Of a DNA stretch of 64,000 nucleotides, positions 36,861 through 46,757 are shown one piece after another. Every line of letters begins with the position of its first letter. Position 1 is the stretch's first letter. The notes beneath the pieces were generated by a model that worked only from the letters and a program-made list of their open reading frames with translations, had not been told where the DNA came from and ran no database searches. The position numbers and the translations under genes were made by a program. Source of the DNA: Deltaproteobacteria bacterium (GTDB taxonomy: Bacteria; Myxococcota_A; UBA9160; SMWR01); assembly GCA_032128375.1 (NCBI GenBank), contig JAQBGU010000012.1, forward strand, positions 45,900-109,899, read 5' to 3'.

Positions 36861-37715
36861 GTGGTCCGATGCCATCGATTGCCGTGGGTCGCCCTGTCGT
36901 GCGCGTTGCTGTCCGCTTGCAGCACGCCGCGCCATGCCGAAACCCACATCAATTCCGCTCAAGCAGGCCTCGACTCTGTGCTGTGGGCGCATACGTCTGC
37001 TGAGTACCGCGCGCTTTCGCAGCAGGCCTTCGCGGTAGCGACATTCCGACTCGACGAGTCGCTCCAGCCAGAAAACGCGCGCTGGACCGCGGCGGTCGAG
37101 CAGCAGGGTGATTTTGAGGCGCTGCCACCGGCCGTGATCGTCGATGTCGACGAAGCGATCCTGGACACATCCGAGTTTCAGATCGAGCATCTGCAGGACG
37201 GTGGCACGTTCGATATCGATCGCTGGAACGCGTGGGTGGAAGAGGCCAACGCGCCCGCCCTACCGGGCTCACTCGCGTTCGTACAGCATGCAGACGCCCG
37301 CGGCGTCCGGATCTTCTACGTGACCAACCGCGCTGCCGGTGTCGAGGGTTCGGTCCACAAGAACCTGATGGCACGCGGCTTTCCGGTCGACGCGTCCGGC
37401 GAGAACCTGCTGACCAAGGGAGAGCAGGAGGGCTGGGGGTCCGACAAGACGTCGCGTCGCGCATTCCTGGCGCGAACGCACCGGATCGTGCTGATGGTTG
37501 GCGACGATCTGAATGACTTCGTGTTAGGCAGGGCTTCACCGGAGGAGCGGCGGTTGCTCTCGGATCGGTATGCCGAGTACTGGGGCCGGAAGTGGATCCT
37601 GCTGCCGAACCCGATCTACGGCACCTGGGAGCGGTCGATCTATGACAACGAGACCTCACTCACGCCCGAGCAGATCCTCGAGCGCAAATGGCGCGAGATC
37701 GAGCCGGAGCCCTAG
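36861..37715 (+). CDS. 5'-nucleotidase lipoprotein e(P4)/class C acid phosphatase
   Basis: Lipobox LLSAC; DVDE, YVTNR, SDKTSRR, GDDLNDF, LPNPIYGTWE. Confidence 0.9.
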   Translation: MVRCHRLPWVALSCALLSACSTPRHAETHINSAQAGLDSVLWAHTSAEYRALSQQAFAVATFRLDESLQPENARWTAAVEQQGDFEALPPAVIVDVDEAILDTSEFQIEHLQDGGTFDIDRWNAWVEEANAPALPGSLAFVQHADARGVRIFYVTNRAAGVEGSVHKNLMARGFPVDASGENLLTKGEQEGWGSDKTSRRAFLARTHRIVLMVGDDLNDFVLGRASPEERRLLSDRYAEYWGRKWILLPNPIYGTWERSIYDNETSLTPEQILERKWREIEPEP

Positions 37716-37853
37716 CAGTTCCGCGCGGTAGTGCGCCAGCAGCGTGCAGGCGACGACGGTAGAGAATTCGAAGAATTCACCCTAGCGGCAACCGACCGAC
37801 GATGCGTGCGTCGCCAACTTGTCGCCAAGCCAAGATAGAGGCCGGGTTCACCA

Positions 37854-38372
37854 CTAGCTGCTGCGCGGATCCATTCGCACCATGGCCATGTCCGGACGTT
37901 TGGCCACTGGCTTGGAAAGCAGGTCTTGCCAGAACGGGTACTTGGCGGCGAGCGCCTGCAGGGCGGCCTGAGCCTCCTGCGGATCGTCGACTACGACTGC
38001 GTCGCGTTCGTAGATCTTGTCGCCCACCTCGACGCGGACGCGGCGGTCGGAAACGACGTTGGAATTCCAGTACTTGTTCGGCCACTCGCCGCCCGCGTAG
38101 TAGATGGATGGCACGTACAACTTATCCCCGATCCCGGCACACACAGTCGTGACGGAATGCGGGACGAGATACCAGGTGGCCGTTTCGAGGTAAATCTCCT
38201 GGAATGCGTCAGAAAACGACCAGTCGCCGATCGCGTCCTCCACGACTTCGCCGCGAAGAAGCAATCCCGGCCGGCGGTCCTTGGGATCCAGACAGCCCGA
38301 GGCGAAAACCACGAGCAGCGCCCCGAGCGCGGCCAGAAAAACCCTGCTGTTGCGCGAAATCCAGTCCTGCAC
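37854..38372 (-). CDS. Lipoprotein with a split-barrel (DUF2255/deazaflavin-oxidoreductase-like) fold
   Basis: ASGC lipobox; PHSVTTVC, WNSNVVSDRRVRV, LAAKY; GGAGG RBS. Confidence 0.6.
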   Translation of the reverse strand: MQDWISRNSRVFLAALGALLVVFASGCLDPKDRRPGLLLRGEVVEDAIGDWSFSDAFQEIYLETATWYLVPHSVTTVCAGIGDKLYVPSIYYAGGEWPNKYWNSNVVSDRRVRVEVGDKIYERDAVVVDDPQEAQAALQALAAKYPFWQDLLSKPVAKRPDMAMVRMDPRSS

Positions 38373-38427
38373 GTTTCCTCCTGACTCGAAAGCCAACTAC
38401 CCGATCTAGAGAATGATCTTCCAACGA

Positions 38428-39609
38428 TCAACTTTTCCCAAGCGAGTCGACGTCGACCACTTCGGTTTCGATCTTCGGGGTCTGTTCTTCTGGCAGTAGG
38501 AAGCGCCAGAAGACCATCCCGGTTCGGAGCCCGGCAGCGTCGATCCAGTTGGGCACACCCGGGTCGCGGTGGGCTACGACGATCTTGAAGTTCCCGTCTT
38601 TTTCGGAGTGGGTCTGGTTGCGATTGAGCGAAACCCGGCGGTATCGGTACGGGGGCGTTTGCAAGCGATGGTTCCACAGCACCACGTTCGCAAAGCGACA
38701 GCGTGGGAAACGACCGCACATTACGAGTGCCTGGTCGGGATCGAGTTCGTAGCGACATTGCAGGTAGGCGTTGTCGGCCGCGGCGTAGCCGATCTCGGTG
38801 TTGTCCTCGCTGTAGTCGGAGTTGTCGAATTGGTTGATGTAACTGGAGACCCACGCGGGCATCACCTCAGGCGGCAGATCCGGAAAATCGATCGTCGCGC
38901 CGCGAACGAAGTTGATCACACGGCGGATCCCGGCGGCCACGGCTGCGTCGTCCATCGGCGGCGCCGGTCCCGGGTCCTCGACCGGTTCGATCCAGAGCGG
39001 GACGTGGAATGTCGGGTTCGCGGCGACGCTGCGTTCTGACTCCCAGTAGTGTCGGGTGGTAATGCTGCCGGCACCGGGCTCGAGCCGCAGCCAGTTGCGG
39101 GGCTGGGGGTCGGCGCTCGCGATGATCTCGTAACTGCCGTCGGCGGCGATGTCGAACTCGGTGTCGTTCAGCGTCGAGATCACACCCTTCGACAGGTTGC
39201 CCTCCATGGCACCGGTCTCGACACTGAACGAGGTGTAGCAAGCGCCATGGACGTTGCCGCGGATGCGGTAGGTGCCGGCTGGGTCGGCGATGGCGCCGTA
39301 GTAGATGGCGTCGGGGTTGTCGCCGAGAAGTTTCTTCGTCGTGCTCAACCAGCGCTGGAACAGCGGGCGCCTGGGGTCTACTTCGTACCAACACTGGAAG
39401 CCGTGCTGCAGTGCATTCGCGACGAGGTTGCGGCCGGCGGTTCGTTCTGCGGCCGTGTGCATGCCCCGATTGGGACCGATATAGCCGGCTTCGATCTCGC
39501 CGAGAGCCACGGCCAGCTCGGCGAAGGCGCTAGCGGCGGCATCACCCGACGCTGCCTGGGCGGCAGCGGCGAGTGAGGCGGATCGGGTCGACGCATTGCT
39601 GGGTTCCAT
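38428..39609 (-). CDS. DUF1214-domain protein
   Basis: GDNPDAIYY, DGSYEI, VSLNRNQT, IVVAHRDPGVPNWIDAAG. Confidence 0.75.
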   Translation of the reverse strand: MEPSNASTRSASLAAAAQAASGDAAASAFAELAVALGEIEAGYIGPNRGMHTAAERTAGRNLVANALQHGFQCWYEVDPRRPLFQRWLSTTKKLLGDNPDAIYYGAIADPAGTYRIRGNVHGACYTSFSVETGAMEGNLSKGVISTLNDTEFDIAADGSYEIIASADPQPRNWLRLEPGAGSITTRHYWESERSVAANPTFHVPLWIEPVEDPGPAPPMDDAAVAAGIRRVINFVRGATIDFPDLPPEVMPAWVSSYINQFDNSDYSEDNTEIGYAAADNAYLQCRYELDPDQALVMCGRFPRCRFANVVLWNHRLQTPPYRYRRVSLNRNQTHSEKDGNFKIVVAHRDPGVPNWIDAAGLRTGMVFWRFLLPEEQTPKIETEVVDVDSLGKS

Positions 39610-39685
39610 TCGGACTCTCCGTTCCGGGGCCTCGCTTCAGTGGATTGTCCGCTCGCCGGAAAGGGGCGAACTCGCTCGACCCAAG

Positions 39686-40897
39686 TCAGATGGCGCGCAG
39701 CGCCTGGTCGAGATCCGCGATCAAATCGTCGGCGTCTTCGATTCCGCACGAGTAACGAATCAGGGAGTCCGTGATACCGAGTTCAGCACGACTCTCCGGT
39801 GTCTGATCCCAGAACGACATCAGTGCGGGCATCTCGATCAGGGTTTCGACCCCACCGAGGCTCGGCGCGATGTACGGAATTCGACACGCGTCGACGAAAC
39901 GGCAGGTCGCATCGAAATCCGCTTCGACCTCGAACGTCACGACGCCACCGAAGCCGTCCATCAAGCGCGCTGCGACCGCGTGGTCTGGATGGCTCGGCAG
40001 GCCCGGATACCAGACCTGCCGGACCGCTGGATGTGCCTCCAGCCACGTCGCGACGCGCAGTGCGGTGTCGTTGTGCTGTTTCATTCGCAGCGACAGGGTC
40101 TTCAATCCGCGCAGCAGCAGGTAGGCGGAGTTCGCGTCGAGTACCCCGCCGAGGACGCCGACCGCCTCGCGGACCGGCTTGATGTCTGCGCTCGATCCGA
40201 GTACCACGCCGGCCATCAGATCGTTGTGGCCGCCGAGATACTTGGTGGCGCTGTGAATCGCGTAGTCGGCCCCAAGATCGAGCGGCTTGTGACACAAGGG
40301 TGTTGCAAACGTCGAGTCGATGACGACCTTGGCGCCGCGCGCGTGCGCGAGCTTTGCAGCCTCGGGAATATCGATCACGCGCAGGTAGGGGTTCGTCGGT
40401 GACTCGGTGAAGAACAGCGACGTGTCATCCCGAAGCGCGTCTCCGAGTTTCTTGGTGTCGGCCGCTTCGATGACCGTGGTTTCGATGTCCAGCTTCACCA
40501 GATAGTCGCGAATGAACTGCCGAGTGCGCCGGTAGCAGTCACTGGTGATGACGAGGTGACCTCCCTTGGGCAACAACGCCAGAAATAGCGTGGTTGCGGC
40601 GCACATCCCGGATGCGAACAGCACCGCCTCTTCGGCTCCTTCGAGGTCGGAGAGCTTTCGCTCGACGGCGCGCCAGGTCGGATTCCCGTAGCGGCCGTAC
40701 TCGTCGCGTTTGTCGCGACCCTCCTGAAAGGCGCGCAGTTTTTCCGAGTTCTCGAACCAGAAGGTCGACGTCTGGTAGATCGGAGTGGTGACGGCATCGC
40801 TGCCTTGGTGGTCACGCTCGCCTGCGTGAACCGAACGGGTGGAGCCACCCGAATCCGCACGCGAGTCATTCTTCATGGCTTTAGTTCTCGTGGGCAT
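39686..40897 (-). CDS. metB: Cystathionine gamma-synthase (Cys/Met metabolism PLP enzyme)
   Basis: TPIYQTST, YGRYGNPT, FASGM, ESPTNP, DSTFATP, HSATKYLGGHND, SLGGVE. Start 40897 or 40876. Confidence 0.85.
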   Translation of the reverse strand: MPTRTKAMKNDSRADSGGSTRSVHAGERDHQGSDAVTTPIYQTSTFWFENSEKLRAFQEGRDKRDEYGRYGNPTWRAVERKLSDLEGAEEAVLFASGMCAATTLFLALLPKGGHLVITSDCYRRTRQFIRDYLVKLDIETTVIEAADTKKLGDALRDDTSLFFTESPTNPYLRVIDIPEAAKLAHARGAKVVIDSTFATPLCHKPLDLGADYAIHSATKYLGGHNDLMAGVVLGSSADIKPVREAVGVLGGVLDANSAYLLLRGLKTLSLRMKQHNDTALRVATWLEAHPAVRQVWYPGLPSHPDHAVAARLMDGFGGVVTFEVEADFDATCRFVDACRIPYIAPSLGGVETLIEMPALMSFWDQTPESRAELGITDSLIRYSCGIEDADDLIADLDQALRAI

Positions 40898-41064
40898 TGT
40901 CTTGGCTTCAGTCTTGGCTTCAGTCTGGGCTTTGCGGATGGCTCTTGGCCGGACTTCTACCCTGGTGGTGAGCGCTTAGCAGGTCGGGTGCGGATCCCTG
41001 AAGGAGGTCCGAGAGGCTTGCAAGCGCTGGAAATCGCCGATTTTTTTTCGAACCCGAACCCGAA

Positions 41065-41093
41065 AGCCTACGGGGGTGCCGACCAGACGTCAA
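41065..41093 (-). promoter_or_regulatory. Sigma70-type promoter for metB
   Basis: TTGACG-17 nt-TAGGCT on the minus strand. Confidence 0.5.
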
Positions 41094-41180
41094 CCGCGTC
41101 AAGATCGCGTCATGGGCGCGACCGCAATGCACCCGAATCATCACCAGCTAGGATCCAGTCCATGCCCGAAAAGCCTTCCA

Positions 41181-41780
41181 ATGAGCGAGCCGCCCGACAG
41201 CCAGCGCGACGAACTCGCTCTCCTCGATGCAACCGCGCAGGCCGAACTGGTTCGAAGCGGTCAAGTCAAACCCTTGGAGTTGGTCGATGCGGCGATCGCG
41301 CGCGTCGAGGCCCTGAACCCCGAGCTGAACGCCGTCGTGACCCGCCAGTTTGATCGGGCGCGGCAGCAAGCCGTGGCCCCTTCTCTGCCTGACGGGCCAT
41401 TTCGTGGCGTGCCATTCCTGCTGAAAGATCTCGGCGAGCATCTGGCTGGCGACCCGGATCCCCGCCAACCACTGTGGCCTGGTGGGTCTGAACGGTTCGC
41501 GCGGCCGCAACTCATTTGGTCCCGACGCACCCGAGCGTTGGGGGGGCTTTTCCTGCGAGGGCTTCGTGACCCGGACGGTGCGCGATGCGGCTGCGCTCGC
41601 CGATGCCGTGGCCGGTCTCAACCCGCGATCTCGCTGCCGTTGCACTGGAACGATGACGGCCTGCCGATCGGGATACAACTCGTGGCGGCCTACGGTCGCG
41701 AAGACCTGCTGATCCGAGTCGCCGCACAGCTGGAGCAGGCCGAGCCGTGGAAGCAGCGAAGGCCAGCGCTGCACGCTTGA
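41181..41780 (+). pseudogene. Amidase-signature enzyme remnant with two internal deletions
   Basis: N-terminus [10 protein letters not shown]...GVPFLLKDL; out-of-frame [12 protein letters not shown]...[11 protein letters not shown]-terminus [21 protein letters not shown]. The GSS and GGS catalytic segments are absent. Confidence 0.85.
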
Positions 41781-41790
41781 CCGGTTCAGC

Positions 41791-42660
41791 CTATCGGCTG
41801 GCCTCCTCCTCGAGGATTTCCAGTCGTTCCCGCGCATAGCCCGCTTCGGTGATGGATCCGTCGCGGCGCCTCTCTTCCAGATCCGCCAGCGCGCGCAAGA
41901 CATCCGGCGATACACCAGCCGGAATAGGCAGGACATCGGGCCGAAGAGATTCGCTGGGTTGTTCGCTCTCGGGTTCATCCGACTCCATCAGAATTTCGCG
42001 ACGAACCGTCTTGCCATCGGGTGTCATGCGGGTTCGGGTCGGTCTGTCGAACAGGGAGGCTTTCCAATCGATCGCGAGCGACTGCTGATCGACCATCTCC
42101 ATCGAATTTCCCGCAAGGATTCGAAACTTCGTTGGAAACTCGCCGATCTCCGGTTCTGGCAGGCGGTCTTCTCGCCGCGGCGGTACCTCCCAATCGGAGC
42201 GCGACAGATGGATGAACAGGATTCCCTCTCGTTGATACGCGATGAAGCTGGTCAGTTTGTTGTGATTGAATACGCCGAAGCGCTTGTCGACGCGAACGGA
42301 ACGAACCACAACTTCCTGGTTGGGCTTGGCTTCGCCCAGCCCTTTCGACAGACCGGCCGCAATCGCATCCAGGTTCGACAGCGGGATGGCGGGAACGCGC
42401 CGTTGCCCGTCGCCGACCGTGGTTCGGATGTCGACGCGCGCCAGAATGTGGGATAGGCGAGCCGCCGAGATGATGAGGGGGTGCTCCAGATCGTCGGACT
42501 GCCTGCCGCGAGATCGGAGCTGGACTTTGAGCTTGCCGTCATCGAAGATCGTGGTCTTCGATACGTGAGCGCATCCGCCGGTCATCAGCGCCACGATCGT
42601 GAGCAGGGCAGTCCCAAGTGCGAGCATTCGCAGCGAAGTGGCAAGCGGGTTCGCGTACAT
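41791..42660 (-). CDS. Lipoprotein with C-terminal SHOCT-like domain
   Basis: LMTGGC lipobox; LRALADLEERRRDGSITEAGYARERLEIL. Confidence 0.7.
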   Translation of the reverse strand: MYANPLATSLRMLALGTALLTIVALMTGGCAHVSKTTIFDDGKLKVQLRSRGRQSDDLEHPLIISAARLSHILARVDIRTTVGDGQRRVPAIPLSNLDAIAAGLSKGLGEAKPNQEVVVRSVRVDKRFGVFNHNKLTSFIAYQREGILFIHLSRSDWEVPPRREDRLPEPEIGEFPTKFRILAGNSMEMVDQQSLAIDWKASLFDRPTRTRMTPDGKTVRREILMESDEPESEQPSESLRPDVLPIPAGVSPDVLRALADLEERRRDGSITEAGYARERLEILEEEASR

Positions 42661-42743
42661 CGTAGGCAAAAGCCTAACCAACTCTGCTCCTGTTTGAACG
42701 TCCCGAATTTTGCGAAGCATATGAACTGCGCGAACTGCGCGAA

Positions 42744-44645
42744 CTACACAAGATACGCCGCGACCACGCGGTAGGTCACGAAGCTCGATCCGTACGCGAG
42801 CACCAGCAAGTATCCGAACGCGAATGCGGGCCAGCGCCACGAGTTTGTCTCGCGTTTCATGATCGCCAGTGTCGACATACACTGCAGTGCGAACACGAAG
42901 AAGACGAGCAACGCCGCGACCATCGGCGGATCGAAGACTTTCTTACCAGTTCGGGGGTCCGTATCGGCTCGGATCGCGGCGCGCAGTGATGTCTCCCCGT
43001 CGGTAGCCGCGTAGATCTGGGCGAGCGTCGCAACGATGACCTCGCGGGCAGCCAGGCTGGCGATGAGCCCGACGCCGATTTTCCAGTCGAAACCGAGTGG
43101 AGCGATCAAGGGTTCCAGGGCTCGACCCGCAGTCCCCGCAAAGCTGTGCTCCAGCGCATAGCGGCTGGCCTCCTCGGGGCTTACATCGGCGGGCATCTCG
43201 GTCCGGGGGAAATTGAGCAACACCCACAGCACAATCGATGTGCCCAGAATGATCGTGCCGGCCCTTCGCAAGAAGGTCCACGCACTGGTCCACACCTGTG
43301 TCGCCCAGAGTCTCGCCGTCGGGATCCGATACGGTGGGAGTTCCATATAGAAGGGCATCGCGTCGGCGCGCAGCAGTGTCCGGGTCAGCACTGCGGCGAC
43401 TGCCAGCGCCGTCACCGTGCCGAAGAGGTACAGGCCGAGCAGAACGAGCCCTTGCAGTCCCAACGGCCCGATCACCCGCTGTGCCGGAACGAAAGCACCG
43501 ATCAGCAGCGCATAGACGGGAAGCCGCGCAGAGCAAGTCATCAGTGGCGCCACCAGGATGGTCACGAGTCGATGCCGCGGCGATGGGATGGTGCGCGTCG
43601 CCATGATGCCCGGCACCGCACAGGCATACGAAGATAGAAGTGAGATGAAGGCTCGCCCCTCGAGACCGACGCGTCCCATCACCCGATCGATCAAGAACGC
43701 TGCCCGCGCCATATAACCGATGTCTTCGAGCAGATACAGCAGCGAAAACAACAGCACGATCTGCGGCAGGAAGATCACGACCGAACCGACTCCGGCCACC
43801 ATTCCATCGGCGACGAAGTCGGCCAGTAGTCCTGGCGGCAGATTTGCGTGGACCGCCGCTGCGATTGCCACCACGCCAACATCGACCATATCCATCGCGG
43901 GTTGCGCGAATGCGAAGATCAGTTGAAAAAAAGTCACCATCACTACGGCGAACAGCAGCAAGCCGCCGACCGGGTGGAGTACCAAACGATCGATCGCATT
44001 GCTGACCCCGCTCATTCGAGGCCGCTGGGTAAGGACCGCCGCCACGACGGAATCGACCCAGCCGGCTCGCTCCTGCGCACCCTTGGGAGGCAGCAGGTGG
44101 GGACGGCTCCAATTTTCGGGCCGCGATAGCAACTCCCGAAGAGAATTGACGCCAATCCCCTTGTGGCCCACCACCCCGATTACCGGGATTCCGAGCGCCG
44201 CTTCGAGCTGCTCGAAGTTCAGCGAGCCGCCTCGCGCGCGCAGCTCATCGGTCATTGTCAAAACCAGGCAGGTCGGTGTTTCGCGTTGAAGCACCTGGGC
44301 CACCATCAACAGCGAGCGCTCGAGCGTGCAGGAATCGGCGACTACAACCAGCGCCTCGGGTCGGTTGCCCAACTCGCCCTCGAGCACGCGGATCACGACC
44401 TCTTCGTCTGGGCTGATGGGGTCCAGACTGTAGGTGCCCGGCAAATCGACAATCCGCGTGTGCCGACCCGCGAGTTCGATTTGGCCCTCGCGTCGCTCCA
44501 CGGTCACGCCGGGATAATTTCCGACTCGCGCTCGCAGTCCGGTGAGCGCATTGAACAGCGTGGTCTTGCCCGAGTTCGGGCTACCGACCAGCCCGAGCGT
44601 CAGGGTCTCCGGGAAAGCACGCATTGTGGCCGCGTCCGAACTCAC
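42744..44645 (-). CDS. feoB: Ferrous iron transporter B
   Basis: GSPNSGKT, GNYPGVTVE, DLPGTYSL, GYMARAAF, MTCSARLPVY, ELPPYR. Confidence 0.95.
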   Translation of the reverse strand: MSSDAATMRAFPETLTLGLVGSPNSGKTTLFNALTGLRARVGNYPGVTVERREGQIELAGRHTRIVDLPGTYSLDPISPDEEVVIRVLEGELGNRPEALVVVADSCTLERSLLMVAQVLQRETPTCLVLTMTDELRARGGSLNFEQLEAALGIPVIGVVGHKGIGVNSLRELLSRPENWSRPHLLPPKGAQERAGWVDSVVAAVLTQRPRMSGVSNAIDRLVLHPVGGLLLFAVVMVTFFQLIFAFAQPAMDMVDVGVVAIAAAVHANLPPGLLADFVADGMVAGVGSVVIFLPQIVLLFSLLYLLEDIGYMARAAFLIDRVMGRVGLEGRAFISLLSSYACAVPGIMATRTIPSPRHRLVTILVAPLMTCSARLPVYALLIGAFVPAQRVIGPLGLQGLVLLGLYLFGTVTALAVAAVLTRTLLRADAMPFYMELPPYRIPTARLWATQVWTSAWTFLRRAGTIILGTSIVLWVLLNFPRTEMPADVSPEEASRYALEHSFAGTAGRALEPLIAPLGFDWKIGVGLIASLAAREVIVATLAQIYAATDGETSLRAAIRADTDPRTGKKVFDPPMVAALLVFFVFALQCMSTLAIMKRETNSWRWPAFAFGYLLVLAYGSSFVTYRVVAAYLV

Positions 44646-44944
44646 TCCACAAGCACGCGAATGCTATCGGCTTCGCGCTTCCGAAGGCACAAATTACAGC
44701 CTCGCAGTTCGAATTGGAGCGGATCTCCCAATGGTGCGCGGCGAACCAGCCGGATGCTGGTACCAGGTAGAAAGCCGAGGTCCAGTAGACGCCGACCCTG
44801 CGCCGCGTCCGTGTCGACCGATACGATCACCGCAGATTGATCCGCTGCGACTTCAGACAGCCGCAATAGTGAACTCGGACCGGCATCCAGTTCGGCAGCA
44901 TCGGCGCGGACGCGCAACGGAGACTTCGGGGATTCGGGCTTCAT
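44642..44944 (-). CDS. feoA: Ferrous iron transport protein A
   Basis: RRLLDLGFLPG, RAPLGDP, LRKREA. Confidence 0.9.
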   Translation of the reverse strand: MKPESPKSPLRVRADAAELDAGPSSLLRLSEVAADQSAVIVSVDTDAAQGRRLLDLGFLPGTSIRLVRRAPLGDPLQFELRGCNLCLRKREADSIRVLVE

Positions 44945-45005
44945 CCGCGCGTTCCTGGCCTGGGGTGACGGATTCCAGAGATACTGAGAAGCCGCAACTC
45001 TTCAG

Positions 45006-45034
45006 ATATTGAAAACGAATGTCATTTTCGTCAA
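45006..45034 (-). promoter_or_regulatory. feoAB promoter containing a Fur-box-like site
   Basis: TTGACG-17-CAATAT on the minus strand; TGAAAAC-G-AATGTCA (45010-45024) matches the Fur 7-1-7 motif at 10 of 14 positions. Confidence 0.55.
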
Positions 45035-45130
45035 GTCAGCCTAGCCGCTGCAAGCGACCGTCGCCAATAGGGAATCATTCAGCTAAGGAAAGTGCCACGC
45101 GCTGTCATCAATCTATGCGAACGCGCTCTC

Positions 45131-46135
45131 TTATTCGTTCTCACTCTTTAGTTGGCGGTTCATCAGACTCTCTGCGCCCTCCTTTGCGCTGACGGTACCC
45201 TCGATCAGATCGCGAACCATTTCAGCGATCGGCATCTCTACGCCGTGTTTGATAGCCAACTTGCTGACAGCCTCGGTGGTGCGAATTCCCTCCGCAACCT
45301 CGTTCATTCCACTGACGATGTCGTCGAGTTTTTGTCCCTCGCCGAGCGCCAGACCCACCCTACGGTTGCGCGACAGGTCTCCGGTACAAGTCAGCACCAA
45401 GTCCCCCATTCCGGATAGACCCAAAAACGTCATCGGATCCGCACCCATCGCCGTCGCCAACCGCGTTATCTCGCGCAGTCCGCGCGTCATGACCGCCGCC
45501 CGGGCATTCAACCCATAGCCCAGGCCATCGCAGATTCCGACCGCGATCGCGATCACGTTCTTCAAGGCTCCACCGAGTTCGACGCCGATCACATCGGTCG
45601 CCGTGTAGCAGCGAAACGACGCGCTAGACAACGACTGCTGTACCGAAATCGCATACGCCTCCTGTTTACATGCGACGGTAACCGCAGATGGCCGACCGCG
45701 GGCGATCTCGTGCGCGAACGCGGGCCCCGACAAGAACGTCAAGCGCGGGTGGTGAACAGGGTCGAGAACGTCCCGAAGGACCTCATCCATTCGCATGCAG
45801 GTATCGGTCTCGATGCCCTTCACCGTTGAAACAAAGATGCACTGCTCCGGAAGATTCGGAGCAGCCGCGGTCATTACGTCCCGGACGCCATGACTCGGTA
45901 CGGCGCAAATCACCAGTTCGCGATCCGCGAGTGCGTCCTCGAGGTCTGAGGTGGCGCGCACACGGGGGGGAATCTCGAACTCGGACAGAAATCGAGGGTT
46001 TTTTCGGTCCCGATTGATGGTTTCTGCGAGGTCCGCGTCGCGCGCCCAGATAGTCACATCGTGCTCTCTCGCACACAACAGCGCGAGACAGGTTCCGAAA
46101 CTTCCGGCTCCGAGCACTGCGACCGGGATAGCCAC
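45131..46135 (-). CDS. gpsA: NAD(P)H-dependent glycerol-3-phosphate dehydrogenase
   Basis: GAGSFG, KGIE, SGPAFA, GGALKNV, GDLVLTC, SRNR. Confidence 0.95.
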   Translation of the reverse strand: MAIPVAVLGAGSFGTCLALLCAREHDVTIWARDADLAETINRDRKNPRFLSEFEIPPRVRATSDLEDALADRELVICAVPSHGVRDVMTAAAPNLPEQCIFVSTVKGIETDTCMRMDEVLRDVLDPVHHPRLTFLSGPAFAHEIARGRPSAVTVACKQEAYAISVQQSLSSASFRCYTATDVIGVELGGALKNVIAIAVGICDGLGYGLNARAAVMTRGLREITRLATAMGADPMTFLGLSGMGDLVLTCTGDLSRNRRVGLALGEGQKLDDIVSGMNEVAEGIRTTEAVSKLAIKHGVEMPIAEMVRDLIEGTVSAKEGAESLMNRQLKSENE

Positions 46136-46208
46136 ACCGTCATTGTATCACCGGTCGGCGAGACTCCGTTGCCCGCACGGAACTGCCCAAAACGGAAACG
46201 TGATTTTG

Positions 46209-46237
46209 TTGACGCTCAGGGGGTGTCCCGTTACCCT
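46209..46237 (+). promoter_or_regulatory. Sigma70-type promoter of the nuo operon
   Basis: TTGACG-17 nt-TACCCT. Confidence 0.5.
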
Positions 46238-46403
46238 CGCCGCGGTTTTCGTAAGTGGTTCGGGCAGTTCCCCCCTGTACCGTTCATCAACAACCGTTTT
46301 TCAACCATCGCTTCGTTCGATCGATTTCTCACAATCGCTTCGATGCATTCGTTCGCACGAACGTATTGTACGACCGTTTCGACAACACCGGAGGACGCGA
46401 CCG

Positions 46404-46757
46404 ATGCTCGCCGAGTTCAATGGCGTACTTGTGATTCTCGTCATTGGATTGGTGATCGTCAGTGCGATGCTCGGCATCCACTTATTGCTCGGACCTAGCC
46501 GCAAGTTCGACGAGAAACTCGAACCGTTCGAATGTGGTGAGAGCCCAATCGTTTCTCCCCGACAGCGCTATGCGGTGAAGTTCTATATGGTCGCGATCCT
46601 GTTCGTCGTGTTCGATGTCGAAGCGATCTTTTTCTATCCCTGGGGCGCGATCTTTCGAGAACTCGATTGGTTCGGCTTCGTCGCGATGGCGGTGTTCACC
46701 GTGCCGCTGGCGGTCGGGCTCGTCTACGAATGGATGAAGGGCGGGCTCGAGTGGTGA
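46404..46757 (+). CDS. nuoA: NADH-quinone oxidoreductase subunit A
   Basis: PFECG, FVVFDVEAIFFYPW, YEWMKGGLEW; GGAGG RBS. Confidence 0.95.
   Translation: MLAEFNGVLVILVIGLVIVSAMLGIHLLLGPSRKFDEKLEPFECGESPIVSPRQRYAVKFYMVAILFVVFDVEAIFFYPWGAIFRELDWFGFVAMAVFTVPLAVGLVYEWMKGGLEW

Noticed and set aside
40960..41035. SAH or SAM riboswitch before metB
   Set aside because: Only superficial GCGCT motifs; the conserved cores are not recognisable. Kept only as a generic structured leader.
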